Source: Myxococcota bacterium
Lineage (GTDB): Bacteria; Myxococcota_A; UBA9042; PHBI01; JAWLBL01
NCBI GenBank assembly: GCA_041687695.1
Contig: JAWLBL010000018.1
Span: 111,125 to 175,124 of the forward strand
Direction of reading: 5' to 3'
Length of the DNA stretch: 64,000 nt
In this document: positions 9,815 through 26,337 of the stretch, in pieces
How the letters are laid out: every line of letters begins with the position of its first letter
Position numbering within the stretch: the first letter of the stretch is position 1
Notes under the pieces: generated by a model
The model's database searches: none
What the model was told of the DNA's origin: nothing
The model's input: the letters and a program-made list of their open reading frames with translations, nothing else
Position numbers and translations under genes: made by a program

Positions 9815-10970
9815 GGGGTGCTCCGTCGGGCGGGGGCCTGCGCGTCGGCCAGCGCGTCGGCCAGCGCGTCGACCACGACCTCGACGTCGGCCTGGGTCAT
9901 GGCCAGCGTGGCCGGCAGGGTCAGCGTGCTGGCCTGCGCGCGGCTGGCGTTGGGCAGGCGGGCCGGGTCGGCGTCGGGGCGCCCGCGGTAGGCGGGCTGC
10001 AGGGCCAGCGCGTAGCCGCCCAGCGTGGTCTGCACGCCACGGCCGGCGAGTCGGTCGATGACCTGGTCGCGGTCGATCTCGGGGTCGAGCAGGACGACCA
10101 GGCTCTGGAAGGCCAGATCGGGCTGCTGGTAGCCGGCGGGCCAGCTGACCCGGGGCAGGGCGGCCAGCGCCTCGCGGTACCAGGCGGCGAGGCGGGCGCG
10201 GCCGGCGACGATGGCGTCGAGGCGCGTCATCTGCACCTGGCCCAGCGCGGCGTGCAGCTCGCTCATGCGGTAGTTGAAGCCGACCGCGTGGAAGCGCTGC
10301 CAGCGGCCGTCGCCCGGGGCCGGCTCGTCCATGCCGTGGTTGCGGAGGCGCCGCAGGCGGTGGGCCAGCGCGGGGTCGGCGGTCAGCACCATCCCGCCCT
10401 CGGCGGTGGTCAGGGTCTTGCGCGGGTGGAAGGACAGGCAGACCAGGTGGTCGCCCGAGGCCCAGCGGGCGGCGTCGTCTTGGCGGGGGGCGGTGCCCAG
10501 GGCGCAGGCGGCGTCCTCGACCAGCCACCACCCGCGGGCCTGGGCCAGGGCCGAGAGCGCGGCCATGGGGGCCGGGATGCCGAAGGGGTGGACCACCAGC
10601 ACGCCGCGCGTGCGCTCGGTGGCGACGGCGGCGACCGACTCGGCGGTCAGGGCGAAGCGGTCCAGATCGACGTCGGCGGGGACGGCGCGGGCGCCGCACA
10701 GCTCGACCACGTTGGCGGTGGCCGGGAAGCCGAAGGCGGGGACGATGACCTCGTCGCCGGGGCCGACGTCCAGCGCCGCGAGGGCCAGGTGCAGGGCGGC
10801 GGTGCCCGAGCTGCAGGCGACGGCGCAGGGCAGGGCCAGGCGCTGGGCGACGGCGGCCTCGAAGGCGGCGACGCGCGGGCCCTGGACCAGCTGGCCCGAG
10901 GCGAGCACCTCGGCCAGGGCGGCGGCCTCTTCGAAGCCCAGCTCGGGGCGGTGCAGTGGGTAATCGACCG

Positions 10971-10974
<4 letters not shown>
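9811..10974 (-). CDS. DegT/DnrJ/EryC1/StrS PLP-dependent sugar aminotransferase
   Basis: SSGTAALHLAL, VGPGDEVIVP, EDAAC, SFHPRK..TTAEGG, GFNYRMSE; GTG at 10974. Confidence 0.92.
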
Positions 10975-11944
<970 letters not shown>

Positions 11945-11948
<4 letters not shown>

Positions 11949-12959
11949 GGCGCCTCGGGGGGGACGTGCGGGTCGGGGTCGTCGGGGGCCAGCGGCAGCG
12001 CGTCGGGGCGGGCCCAGTCGCTGGGCAGGGGGGCGGCCTGTTTGTCGCCGACCAGCTCGAAGAGCGAGATGGGGACGTAGGGGTAGTCGCGCTTCCAGGC
12101 GACCTCGAGCGCGGCCAGGCGCTGGGCGGTCGCGGCCGAGCCGAACTGGGCGAGGCGCGAGCGGAGGGACTCGCGCTCGGCGTCGCTGGCCTCCCAGTAG
12201 CGCAGCGTCGCGTGCAGCAGGGCCATCTCGACGTCGTTGTCCTCGTAGTACAGGTTGGACACGAAGTTGGGGTCGAGCTGCGAGCCGGGCAGGGCGGCGG
12301 CGACGGCGAAGTACTCGAGGGCGCGCGCGCGCAGGGCGGCGCGCTCGGCGGCGTCCTTGGGCTTCCACTCGATGAGGTAGTTGAAGCCGATGTCGAGGTA
12401 GAAGCGCCAGTGGTCGGGGAAGCGCTCGAGGCCGCGGCGCGAGTAGTCGTTGGACAGCTCGAGGGTGTCGTTGCCGATGAACTGGCCGAACTTGACCGCC
12501 TGCGAGGCCCACTCGTACACGCGCGGGTTGTCGGGGTCGAGGGCGATGACGGCGTCGAGGTAGGTCGGCAGCAGGGTGAAGATGCGGTCGTGGAAGAGGT
12601 GGCGGACGAAGTAGGCGTTGGCCTGCAGGAACAGGAGATCGGCGGCGAAGGCCTCGTGGCCGAGGGCCATCAGGCGCAGCACGTCGTGGGGCGGCAGGAA
12701 GACGGTCTCGACGGCGGCGGCGCGGTCGAGGTGGGCGGCCTCGTAACGCAGCTCGAGGCGGGCGGTGCGGGTGACCAGGGTCGCGAGCACGACGGCGGCG
12801 GCGATGACCAGCACGGTCAGGCGGCGGCGCTGGGTGGCGCCCCACCAGCGGAGCCAGTCGGCCAGCCAGCGCACGAAGCGCACGGGCGCCATGGCCAGGG
12901 CGACCAGCGAGCCGGTGAGCGCGCCGATGCGGGACTCGGCGCCGGACGCGGCGCGGGGC

Positions 12960-12970
<11 letters not shown>
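11945..12970 (-). CDS. pilG: PilG-like (myxobacterial) TM-anchored TPR-like pilus protein
   Basis: N-terminal [19 protein letters not shown] and [10 protein letters not shown] motifs; position between pilR and pilH. Confidence 0.6.
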
Positions 12971-14366
<1,396 letters not shown>

Positions 14367-14372
14367 GGCGCG

Positions 14373-16295
14373 TTATGAACCCATCGGTCGCGGGGATGAT
14401 GCCTGCCCGGCCGCGGGGCTGTCGAGCGCGGTCTGCAGGGCCGGCTCGAACGGTCGGCTGGCCCGGGCGGGGCGCGTGTGCAGGCCGGGGCTGGGGTCGA
14501 GGCCGGGCGCGGCGTCGGCGGCGGCCTCGGGGAGATCGACGATGAAGCGCGTGCCCTCGCCCGGCGGGCCGTCCGCCTGGCTGCTGACCTCAATCGTCCC
14601 GCCGTGCTCGGTCACGATGCGGTAGACGGTGGCGAGGCCCAGGCCGGTGCCGCCGGTCTTGGTGGTGAAGAAGGGCTCGAAGACGCTCTGGAGCGCCTCG
14701 CGCGGGATGCCGCAGCCGGTGTCGGCGACCTCGAGGCGGAGCTGGCGCGCGTGCGCGGGGCCGGTCGTGGTCAGGCGGACCTCGAGGCGGCGCGGGGCGT
14801 GACCCGCGGGCATGGCCTCGACGGCGTTGGCGAGCAGGTTCCAGACGACCTGCTTGAGGGCGCTGGGATCGGCCACGACGTAGGCGGGCGAGGCGAGGTC
14901 GACCTGGATGTCGACGCCGATCGCGCGCTCGTCGAAGCGCAGCATGCGGACGGCCTCGTCGACGATGACGGCCAGATCGATGCGCAGCTGGTCGCCGCGG
15001 CGGGGCCGGGCGTAGGTGAGGAAGTCGGTGATCCAGCGGTTGAGGGCGTCGGCCTCGCGCGAGACGATGTTCATCAGGCGGCGCTCGTCATCCTGGAGCT
15101 CCAGCGAGGCCCCGAGCATCTGGATGGAGCCGCTGATTGCGGCGAGCGGGTTTCTGACGTCGTGGGCGATCGAGGCGGCGAGCTTGCCGAGCCCCGCCAA
15201 GGACTCGGCGCGCCGGACCTTCTCCTCCATCTCGCGGACGCGGCTGACGTCGTTGACGACCAACAGGTAGCCGCCGGGCGTGTCGTCGGGCGAGGCGTCC
15301 GGGTCGGCGTCCTTGGCCTCGGCGAGCGGCGAGATGGACCACTGGACGTGGCGGCGTTGGCCCTGCGGGTCGTACAGCGGCTTTTCGAAGACGGTGCCCA
15401 GGGCCTCGGGGGCGAGATCGAGCGGCCGCAGGTAGGGGAAGGAGACGCCGACGTCCTGGCCGCGGACCTCGGCGAAGGCGCGGCCGAGCAGGGCCTCGCC
15501 GATGCCGTTGATGAAGGTGACGCGGCCGAGGTGGTCGAGCGTGACCAGGCCCGAGGGGATGGAGGCGACGATGCTCTCGTGCAGGGCGCGGAGGTCCTCG
15601 AGCTGGCCGCGTTCGGCGGCGAGCTGGCGGTCGGTGCGGCGGAGCTTCTCGGACAGCTGCGAGGCGAGCAGGGCGATGGCGTAGAAGGCGAAGATGTTGT
15701 TGATGAGGCTGTAGGCGAGGCCGCCGAGGCGGCTGGCGTCGTCGACCTGGGCGAGCGGGCGGATGGGGGCGACGCCCTCGCGGCGCATGGCCTTGACGGG
15801 GGCGACCTCGGCGACGCCGAACTCGCCCAGGCCGATGAGCAGGAAGAGGACGGCGCAGCTGGTGGCCGTGAACAGGGCGCCGGGGCGATACAGGAGGATC
15901 GCCGCGTTCACGATGGTCAGCGAGAAGATGAAGGTGAAGGCGCTGCTGGTGCCGCCGGTCAGGACGACCAGGGTGGCGGCGAAGAGCGTGTCACCGAGCA
16001 GCTCGACGTAGGCGAGGCGGCGCAGGTGGTCTTCGGTGCGGATGAAGCGCAGCGCGACCGCGTAGGCCACGCTGAGCAGGCACATCACGCCGGCGACCGC
16101 GTACAGGATGAGGGTCGTCGAGCTGAGGGCGAGGCCCGGCAGATCGGGGGCGGCCGGAGGGCCGTACAGGGCCGTGGCGCCCGTGAGGAACGCCACGACC
16201 ACCATCCGGAACAGGCTGAGCCATCGCAGCTTCTGCCGGAGGTCGCTCTCGCGCGCCGGCTGGACCTTGGAGGCGTCGGCTGGGGTGGCGGTCAA
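14373..16295 (-). CDS. pilS: Membrane sensor histidine kinase PilS
   Basis: Multi-TM N-terminus, PAS, H-box AHDVRNPL, N box, FFTTK..GTGLGL; the TTG start at 16295 is a guess. Confidence 0.85.
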   Translation of the reverse strand: MTATPADASKVQPARESDLRQKLRWLSLFRMVVVAFLTGATALYGPPAAPDLPGLALSSTTLILYAVAGVMCLLSVAYAVALRFIRTEDHLRRLAYVELLGDTLFAATLVVLTGGTSSAFTFIFSLTIVNAAILLYRPGALFTATSCAVLFLLIGLGEFGVAEVAPVKAMRREGVAPIRPLAQVDDASRLGGLAYSLINNIFAFYAIALLASQLSEKLRRTDRQLAAERGQLEDLRALHESIVASIPSGLVTLDHLGRVTFINGIGEALLGRAFAEVRGQDVGVSFPYLRPLDLAPEALGTVFEKPLYDPQGQRRHVQWSISPLAEAKDADPDASPDDTPGGYLLVVNDVSRVREMEEKVRRAESLAGLGKLAASIAHDVRNPLAAISGSIQMLGASLELQDDERRLMNIVSREADALNRWITDFLTYARPRRGDQLRIDLAVIVDEAVRMLRFDERAIGVDIQVDLASPAYVVADPSALKQVVWNLLANAVEAMPAGHAPRRLEVRLTTTGPAHARQLRLEVADTGCGIPREALQSVFEPFFTTKTGGTGLGLATVYRIVTEHGGTIEVSSQADGPPGEGTRFIVDLPEAAADAAPGLDPSPGLHTRPARASRPFEPALQTALDSPAAGQASSPRPMGS

Positions 16296-16303
16296 CGAAC
16301 CTA

Positions 16304-17509
16304 TCAGCTCACGCTGTCGGCCATGCTGAAGATCGGCATGTACATCGACAGGAGCACCACGCCGATGATGCCGCCGAGGACCACCATGATGAGCGGCTCG
16401 ATGAGCGAGGTGATGCCGTCGACGGCGGCGTCCACCTCGTCCTCGTAGAAGTCGGCGATCTTGCCGAGCATGACGTCCATGGCGCCGGTCGACTCGCCGA
16501 CCGCGACCATCTGCACGACCATCTTCGGGAAGACGTTCTGCTCGAGCAGGGGGCCCGCGACCGACTTGCCTTCCGAGATCTTGTCGCGGGTGTACATGAT
16601 GGCCCGCTCGATGACCCGGTTGCCTGCGGTCTTGGCGACGATCTCGAGGCTGTCGAGGATGGGCACGCCCGAGGAGAGGAGGGTGCCGAGCGTCCGGGTG
16701 AACTTGGCGACCGCGGCCTTCTTGAGCAGCGTGCCGAAGATGGGGAGCTTGAGCAGGAACGTGTCCCAGTACCAGCCGCCCTTGTCGGTCTTGATGGTGT
16801 AGCCGAAGGCGAAGGCGAAGGCGATGAGGCCGACGATGAGGGTCGGCAGGTTGGCGATGGTCCAGTCGGAGATGGCGAGCACCGTGGCCGTCAGCGCCGG
16901 CAGGTCCTTGCCCATCGAGGTGAACATGCCGGCGAAGGACGGGATGACCTTCACCATCAGAAAGCCGGTGATGATGACCGACACCGCGAGCACCGTGACC
17001 GGGTACTTCATGGCCGACTTGACCCGCTGCTTGAGCTTCATGGATTTCTCCATGTAGTTCGCGAGGCGGTTCAAGATGGTGTCGAGGATGCCGCCCATCT
17101 CGCCGGCGGCCACCAGGTTCACGAAGAGGTTGTCGAAGACCTTCGGGTGCTTGGCCAGCGCCTCGGCGAAGGTCGAGCCGCTCTCGATCTGCTGCTTGAC
17201 GTTCAGGATGACCTTCTGGAAGGACGGGTTGGGCTCCTGGGTGCCCAGGATCTCCATGCACTGAACGAGCGGCAGGCCGGCGTCGATCATCGTGGCCAGC
17301 TGGCGGATGAAGACCACGCGGCTCTTGACCGGCACGCCGCCCATGCCGGGCAGCGTCAAGTTCAGGTCGCCCTTCTTCTTCTTGACGCTGCTGGGGGTGA
17401 GCCCCATGCCGCGGATCTTCTTCTCGGCCTCGATCTGATTGGGCGCGTCGAGGACGCCCGACTTGATCTCGCCGGCCGAGGTCGTCGCTTCCCAGGTAAA
17501 GAGGGCCAT
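16304..17509 (-). CDS. pilC: Type IV pilus platform protein PilC (T2SSF family)
   Basis: FIRQLATMIDAGLPL, GEMGGILD, MVAVGESTG, LIEP motifs. Confidence 0.95.
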   Translation of the reverse strand: MALFTWEATTSAGEIKSGVLDAPNQIEAEKKIRGMGLTPSSVKKKKGDLNLTLPGMGGVPVKSRVVFIRQLATMIDAGLPLVQCMEILGTQEPNPSFQKVILNVKQQIESGSTFAEALAKHPKVFDNLFVNLVAAGEMGGILDTILNRLANYMEKSMKLKQRVKSAMKYPVTVLAVSVIITGFLMVKVIPSFAGMFTSMGKDLPALTATVLAISDWTIANLPTLIVGLIAFAFAFGYTIKTDKGGWYWDTFLLKLPIFGTLLKKAAVAKFTRTLGTLLSSGVPILDSLEIVAKTAGNRVIERAIMYTRDKISEGKSVAGPLLEQNVFPKMVVQMVAVGESTGAMDVMLGKIADFYEDEVDAAVDGITSLIEPLIMVVLGGIIGVVLLSMYMPIFSMADSVS

Positions 17510-17620
17510 CTCAGCGTCTCCTGCCGTTCGGGCGGGCCGAGGAGGGCCCTGGCCGCCGCGCCCCGTCCCCGGGGCACGTCCCCGACGCGAGTCTACGTCG
17601 GGGCGCGCGAACAGCGAAAG

Positions 17621-18918
<1,298 letters not shown>

Positions 18919-18922
<4 letters not shown>

Positions 18923-20688
18923 TTGTCGGACCTCGTGACGCGCATGACCTCCTCGATGGTCGAGGTGCCCTCGAGGATCTTCTTGATGCCCGACATGCGC
19001 AGGGTCTGCATGCCCAGCTTCATCGCCTCGCGCTTGAGCTCCATCGCCGAGTAGCCCTGGAGCACGCAGTCCTTGATCTCGTCGCCGACGTGCATGACCT
19101 CGTAGAGCGCGACGCGGCCCTTGTAGCCCGAGTCGTTGCACTTGGCGCAGCCCTTGCCCTTGAGCAGGGTGCCGCCGCACTCCTCGATCTGCGCGTCCGT
19201 GAAGCCGCAGTCCTTGAGGACGCTCTTCTCGATCTGCACCGGCTCCTTGCACTCGTTGCAGTTCCGGCGCGCGAGGCGCTGGGCCACGATGCAGTTGAGC
19301 GAGGCCGTCACGAGGAACGGCTCGACGCCCATGTTGAGCAGACGGTTGATGGTCGAGGGGGCGTCGTTGGTGTGAAGGGTCGACAGCACGAGGTGGCCCG
19401 TGAGGGCGGCCTTGATGGCGATCTCGGCCGTCTCGAAGTCACGGATCTCGCCGACCATGATGATGTCGGGGTCCTGACGGAGGAAGGCGCGCAGGGCCGC
19501 CGAGAAGTTGAGCCCAATGCCGTCGTTCATCTGGCACTGGTTGATGCCCATCAGGTTGAACTCGACCGGATCCTCGGCGGTCGAGATGTTCTCGCTGGCC
19601 TTGTTGAGCTCGCTGAGCGCCGAGTACAGCGTGGTCGTCTTGCCGGAACCCGTCGGCCCCGTGACCAGCACCATGCCGAAGGGCTGGTGGATGTCGTGCT
19701 TGAAGACCTCGAGCTGCGCCGACTCGAAGCCCAGCTTGGTCATGTCGAGCTGCAGGTTCGACTTGTCGAGGATTCGGAGGACGACCTTCTCGCCGAACAG
19801 GCAGGGGAGCACGTTGACGCGGAAGTCGACCTCGCGGTCGGCGCCCAGGACCAGCTTGATACGACCGTCCTGCGGCAGGCGGCGCTCGGCGATGTCCATG
19901 TCCGCCATGATCTTCAGGCGGCTGATGATGGCGTTGCGCATGCGCATCGGGGGCCGCATGATCTCGTGCAGCACGCCGTCGATGCGGTAGCGGATGCGGA
20001 ACTCCTTCTCGTACGGCTCGATGTGGATGTCGGACGCGCCCCGCTTGATGGCGTCGACCAGCACCAGGTTCACGAGCCGGACGACCGGCGCCTCGCGCGA
20101 CTCCTTCTCGGCCCCCTCGACGTCGAACTCGTCCTCGTCGGTGAGCGCCTTGACCTCGGCCTCGTCCAGGCCCTCCATCAGCCCGACGGTGGCCTCGACC
20201 TCGTCGTAGTACTTGTCGAGCGCGGCCTGCACGGCCTTCTCGCTGGTGACGACCACCTCGACGTTGAAGCCGGTCAGGAACTTGATGTCGTCCATCGCGT
20301 AGATGTTCGACGGGTCGCTCATCGCGACGACCAGCGTGTTGCCGTGCCGGTCGATGGGGATGGCCGAGTGCTTCTGGGCGACGTCCCTCGGGATGAGCTT
20401 GATGACGGCGTCCTCGACCTGCACCTCGGCCAGGTTGATCGAGGGCACGCCGTACTGGCGGCTCAGGAACTCGACGAGCTGCGTCTCCTCGACGTAGCCG
20501 AGGCGGGCCAGCGCGCCGGTCAGCGGCGTGCCGTCCTTCTTCGTCGCCGTCCGGGCGTCGGCGAGCTGCGTCTCGCTGATGAGGCGGTTACGGACGAGGA
20601 GGTCCCCGACGTTCGTCCGCATCGAGCGCCCACCCTGGGCCTGCATGGCGGCACGGGTGTTCGGGAGGGAGTCGTTGTCGTTCGCCAT
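18919..20688 (-). CDS. pilB: Type IVa pilus assembly ATPase PilB
   Basis: ASDIHIEP, ERRLPQDG, GPTGSGKTT, LRQDPD, CxxC...CxxC zinc site. Confidence 0.95.
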
Positions 20689-20764
20689 CTTCGCTCCGCG
20701 CGCGAGAGAGCTTGGCCGGCCGAGACGCGCCCCCACGTCGGTCAGCTTCGCGTTTCGAGGGCCC

Positions 20765-20794
20765 ATCGTACGCGGAAGCCGGCGAGGGTGTCAA
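20765..20794 (-). promoter_or_regulatory. Putative sigma-70 promoter upstream of pilB
   Basis: TTGACA-N18-TACGAT on the minus strand. Confidence 0.5.
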
Positions 20795-20856
20795 GCGCCC
20801 CTCCCGGCCACAAGTATGCGTAACGAATACGGTTTCAAGGCCCTGCGGGGGCCCTG

Positions 20857-22197
20857 TCACCCAGGATCGACGCGGTCGAGGCCGGTCTCGGCCAGCCAGG
20901 CGTCGAGGTCGCTGCGCGCGCGCTCGACGTGGGCCAGCTTGCGCCCCGCCTTGCCCCCGCGGACCTTGCGGCCGAGCGGCTCGAAGAGCCCGAAGTTGAT
21001 GTTCTGCGGCTGGAAGTCGGCCCCGTCGTAGCCGTGCACGTGGCCCATCAGCGCGCCCAGCGCGGTCGTCCGTGGCGGCGGCGGAAGCGGCCGCTCCTGG
21101 CGTCGCCGCGCCAGATACAGCGCGGTCATCAGGCCCGAGGCGGTCGACTCGACGTAGCCCTCGACGCCCGTGATCTGCCCCGCGAAGCGCAAGGAAGGTC
21201 GGGCCTTCAGCCGGTTCTCGTCGTCGAGCAGCGTCGGCGAGTGCAGGAAGGTGTTGCGGTGGATCGAGCCCATCCGCAGGAACTCGACGCGCTCGAGCCC
21301 GGGGATCGAGCGGAACACGCGCTTCTGCTCGGGGTACTTGAGCTTGGTCTGGAAGCCCACCATGTTCCAGGCGGTCCCGGCCTTGTTCTCCTTTCGGAGC
21401 TGAACGACGGCGTACGGGATCTCGCCCGTGCGCGGGTCCGGCAGCCCCACCGGCTTCATCGGGCCGTAGCGCAGCGTCTCGTAGCCGCTGTCGGCCATGA
21501 CCTCGATGGGCAGGCAGCCGGGGAAGTACACGGGCTTTTCGAACTCGCGCAGGGCGACCCGCTCGGCCGTCAGCAGCGCGTGGTGGAAGGCCCGGTACTG
21601 CGCCTCGTCCATCGGGCAGTTCAGGTAGTCGTCGCCGCCGCCCTTGCCGTGGCGGCTCAGGGCGTAGACGATCGACCGATCGATGCTCTCGTCGTCCAGG
21701 ATGGGCGCGATCGAGTCGTAGAAGTACAGCGAGTCCGATCCGGTCAGCGCGCGCAGGCGCTCGGCCAGCGCGTCGCTGGTCAGCGGCCCGGTCGCCACGA
21801 TGACGTCGCCGTCGTCGGGCAGGTCGGTCACCTCGCCGTGGACGATCTGGATGAGCGGCTCGGCCTCGACCATCGCCGTGACCGTGGCGCTGAACTTGTC
21901 GCGGTCGACCGCCAGCGCGTCGCCGGCCGGCACCTCGCAGGCGTCGGCGGCGACCATGATGAACGAGCCGAGGCGGCGCATCTCCTCCTTGATGAGGCCG
22001 ACCGCGTTCTCGGGGCTGCGCGAGCGGAAGGAGTTCGAGCAGACCAGCTCGGCCAGGCCGTCGGAGACCTGGGCCGGCGTGCGCTTTTCGGGCTTCTGCT
22101 CGCGCAGGACGACGGGGATGCCTCGGCGGGCGAGCTGCAGGGCGGCCTCGCAGCCGGCCAGCCCGCCGCCGACGATGGTGACCGGGGCGTTCGTCAT
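20857..22197 (-). CDS. trmFO: Folate/FAD-dependent tRNA (uracil-5-)-methyltransferase TrmFO (Gid)
   Basis: [42 protein letters not shown]. Confidence 0.96.
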   Translation of the reverse strand: MTNAPVTIVGGGLAGCEAALQLARRGIPVVLREQKPEKRTPAQVSDGLAELVCSNSFRSRSPENAVGLIKEEMRRLGSFIMVAADACEVPAGDALAVDRDKFSATVTAMVEAEPLIQIVHGEVTDLPDDGDVIVATGPLTSDALAERLRALTGSDSLYFYDSIAPILDDESIDRSIVYALSRHGKGGGDDYLNCPMDEAQYRAFHHALLTAERVALREFEKPVYFPGCLPIEVMADSGYETLRYGPMKPVGLPDPRTGEIPYAVVQLRKENKAGTAWNMVGFQTKLKYPEQKRVFRSIPGLERVEFLRMGSIHRNTFLHSPTLLDDENRLKARPSLRFAGQITGVEGYVESTASGLMTALYLARRRQERPLPPPPRTTALGALMGHVHGYDGADFQPQNINFGLFEPLGRKVRGGKAGRKLAHVERARSDLDAWLAETGLDRVDPG

Positions 22198-22201
22198 CGG
22201 A

Positions 22202-24457
<2,256 letters not shown>

Positions 24458-24458
24458 C

Positions 24459-25616
24459 TCACTGCCTCCGCGCCGTCACAGCACTGGGCTGCCCGGAGAG
24501 CGCGCGCCATCGCTCGCCCGGGAGCCGCTCCACCTGCCGGCCGACGTCCAAATCCATGAGCGTCGCCACCAGGAGGTCGATGCCGAGACCCGTTTGCATG
24601 AGCAGCCCATCGAGGTCAAGAGATCCGCGCGAACGCAAGGTCTCCAGGACGAGCTGCGCCTCCGCCGCGAGCGCGGCGGGCTCCGGGGCCCCACCCCAGC
24701 GCTCCTCACCCACGTCCTCGGGAGTCTCCTCCCAAGGCCACGGCGAGGGGTCGCCAAGGTGGCGCACGCTCCAGCCCTCGGTCAAGGACCCTGCCTCGTC
24801 CGCCAGACCCAACGCGCGCGCGAGATCCCGGGGCCCGACCAGCGCCCGGGCCCCGTCCGCCAGCAGGCCGTTGCCCCCGGCGCTGAGCGCCTCGCCCACG
24901 TTGCCGGGCACCGCCAGCACCGGCCGCCCCAGCGCCCGCGCGGCCGCCGCGGTCGACAGCGCCCCGCTGCGCCCGCCCGCCCGCGCGACGACCGTGACCG
25001 CCGACAGCCAGGCGATGACCCGGTTGCGCAGCAGGAACCGGTGCTTGGCCGGGCGCACGTCGGGCCAGAAGGCCGAGACCACCGCCCCGCCCGCGCCGAC
25101 CACCGCCTCGAACAGATCGCGGTGCCGCGCCGGGTAGGGGTGATCGTGCCCGGCGCCCAGCACGACGACCGTCGGCCCGCCCGCCTCGAGCGCCGCCTCG
25201 TGCGCGGCCGCGTCGCAGCCCTCGGCGCCCCCGCTGACCACCGGGAGGCCCAGCTCGACCGCGTCGCGGGCGACGCGCCGGGCGACCGCCTCGCCGTAGG
25301 GATCGGCCGCCCGGGCGCCGACCACCGCGACGCCCGCCAGGTCGGGCAGGCGGCCGCGCACCAACAGCACCGGGGCGCCCGCCTCGTCGGCGCCGCGCGC
25401 GGGCCTGAGATCGCGCCGCGCCAGCTCGGGCGCCCAGCGGGCGTGGGGTTCGGGTCGCTCGCTGGCGCGCAGCGCTCGGACGAGGCGTCCGGGCTCCTTG
25501 CAGCGCGCCAGCAGCCCGACCAGCACGCCAATGGGCGGCGGGTCGACGAGCTGGGGCAGCTGCGGCTGCGCGGGGGGCGACGGTGACGGCGAGGCCTTGG
25601 GTGGGTCCGCGGACAT
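24459..25616 (-). CDS. dprA: DNA-processing protein DprA/Smf
   Basis: VAVVGAR...YG, VVSGGAEGCD..AH, FLLRNRVI, SGALST, C-terminal winged helix; conserved dprA-topA order. Confidence 0.88.
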   Translation of the reverse strand: MSADPPKASPSPSPPAQPQLPQLVDPPPIGVLVGLLARCKEPGRLVRALRASERPEPHARWAPELARRDLRPARGADEAGAPVLLVRGRLPDLAGVAVVGARAADPYGEAVARRVARDAVELGLPVVSGGAEGCDAAAHEAALEAGGPTVVVLGAGHDHPYPARHRDLFEAVVGAGGAVVSAFWPDVRPAKHRFLLRNRVIAWLSAVTVVARAGGRSGALSTAAAARALGRPVLAVPGNVGEALSAGGNGLLADGARALVGPRDLARALGLADEAGSLTEGWSVRHLGDPSPWPWEETPEDVGEERWGGAPEPAALAAEAQLVLETLRSRGSLDLDGLLMQTGLGIDLLVATLMDLDVGRQVERLPGERWRALSGQPSAVTARRQ

Positions 25617-25706
25617 GGCTGGCTCCCGGCTGGGGGTTGCCTAATACAAGTCGGCGGATCGGCCGTTTTCGTTGCGCGCTTTTTTCGGTCGGCGCGCTTT
25701 TGGGGG

Positions 25707-26213
25707 TCAGTGCAGGGTCGGCGGCGGCTCGGACGGGGGCTCGCCTTCGGTCGGCGCGGCGGGGGGCGAGAGATCGAAGCCGGCCTCGCGCAGGTGCTCG
25801 AAGACGGCCAGCTTCTCGAACCGGTAGCCGCGGGTCGGGAAGGCGATGCCGCCCTCGACCGGGCGCGCCGGGAAGAGGATCGGATGCGCGTCGCGGTTGT
25901 AGCCGACCTGCACCAGGGCGCGCTCGGGCAGGACGCCGTCGGGGACGTGCAGGTGCTTGTGGACGACGTAGTAGCCCTCGCGCGGGACGCGCACGAGGCG
26001 GGCCAGGAAGTCGGCGGCCTCGGGGCCGCGGACCAGCCAGCCGCGATCGTGGAAGGACCAGCGGTTGTGTTGGTTGTCCTTGGGCATCAGGACGATGGGC
26101 GCGCCCTCGGGCGAGTGGTTGTGGAACATCACCAGCGCGCCGGGGGGGACGGCCTCTTCGTGGCCGGGCAGCGATCGGCCGGTGCGGTACAGGCCACAGG
26201 CGGGCAGCTCCAT
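25707..26213 (-). CDS. Hypothetical protein
   Basis: ATG at 26213 preceded by AAGGA; coding-like codon bias; no recognised domain. Confidence 0.7.
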   Translation of the reverse strand: MELPACGLYRTGRSLPGHEEAVPPGALVMFHNHSPEGAPIVLMPKDNQHNRWSFHDRGWLVRGPEAADFLARLVRVPREGYYVVHKHLHVPDGVLPERALVQVGYNRDAHPILFPARPVEGGIAFPTRGYRFEKLAVFEHLREAGFDLSPPAAPTEGEPPSEPPPTLH

Positions 26214-26337
26214 GCGGGGTCCTTTCGTGAGGGGCGGCGGGGGCAATGAATGACGATTCACTCAGGGCTTGACCGGGGAGCCCGGGGCCGTCTATTGAGA
26301 GGCCCCGCATCGCTAGATTGCAAGGAGCGTCGATACC

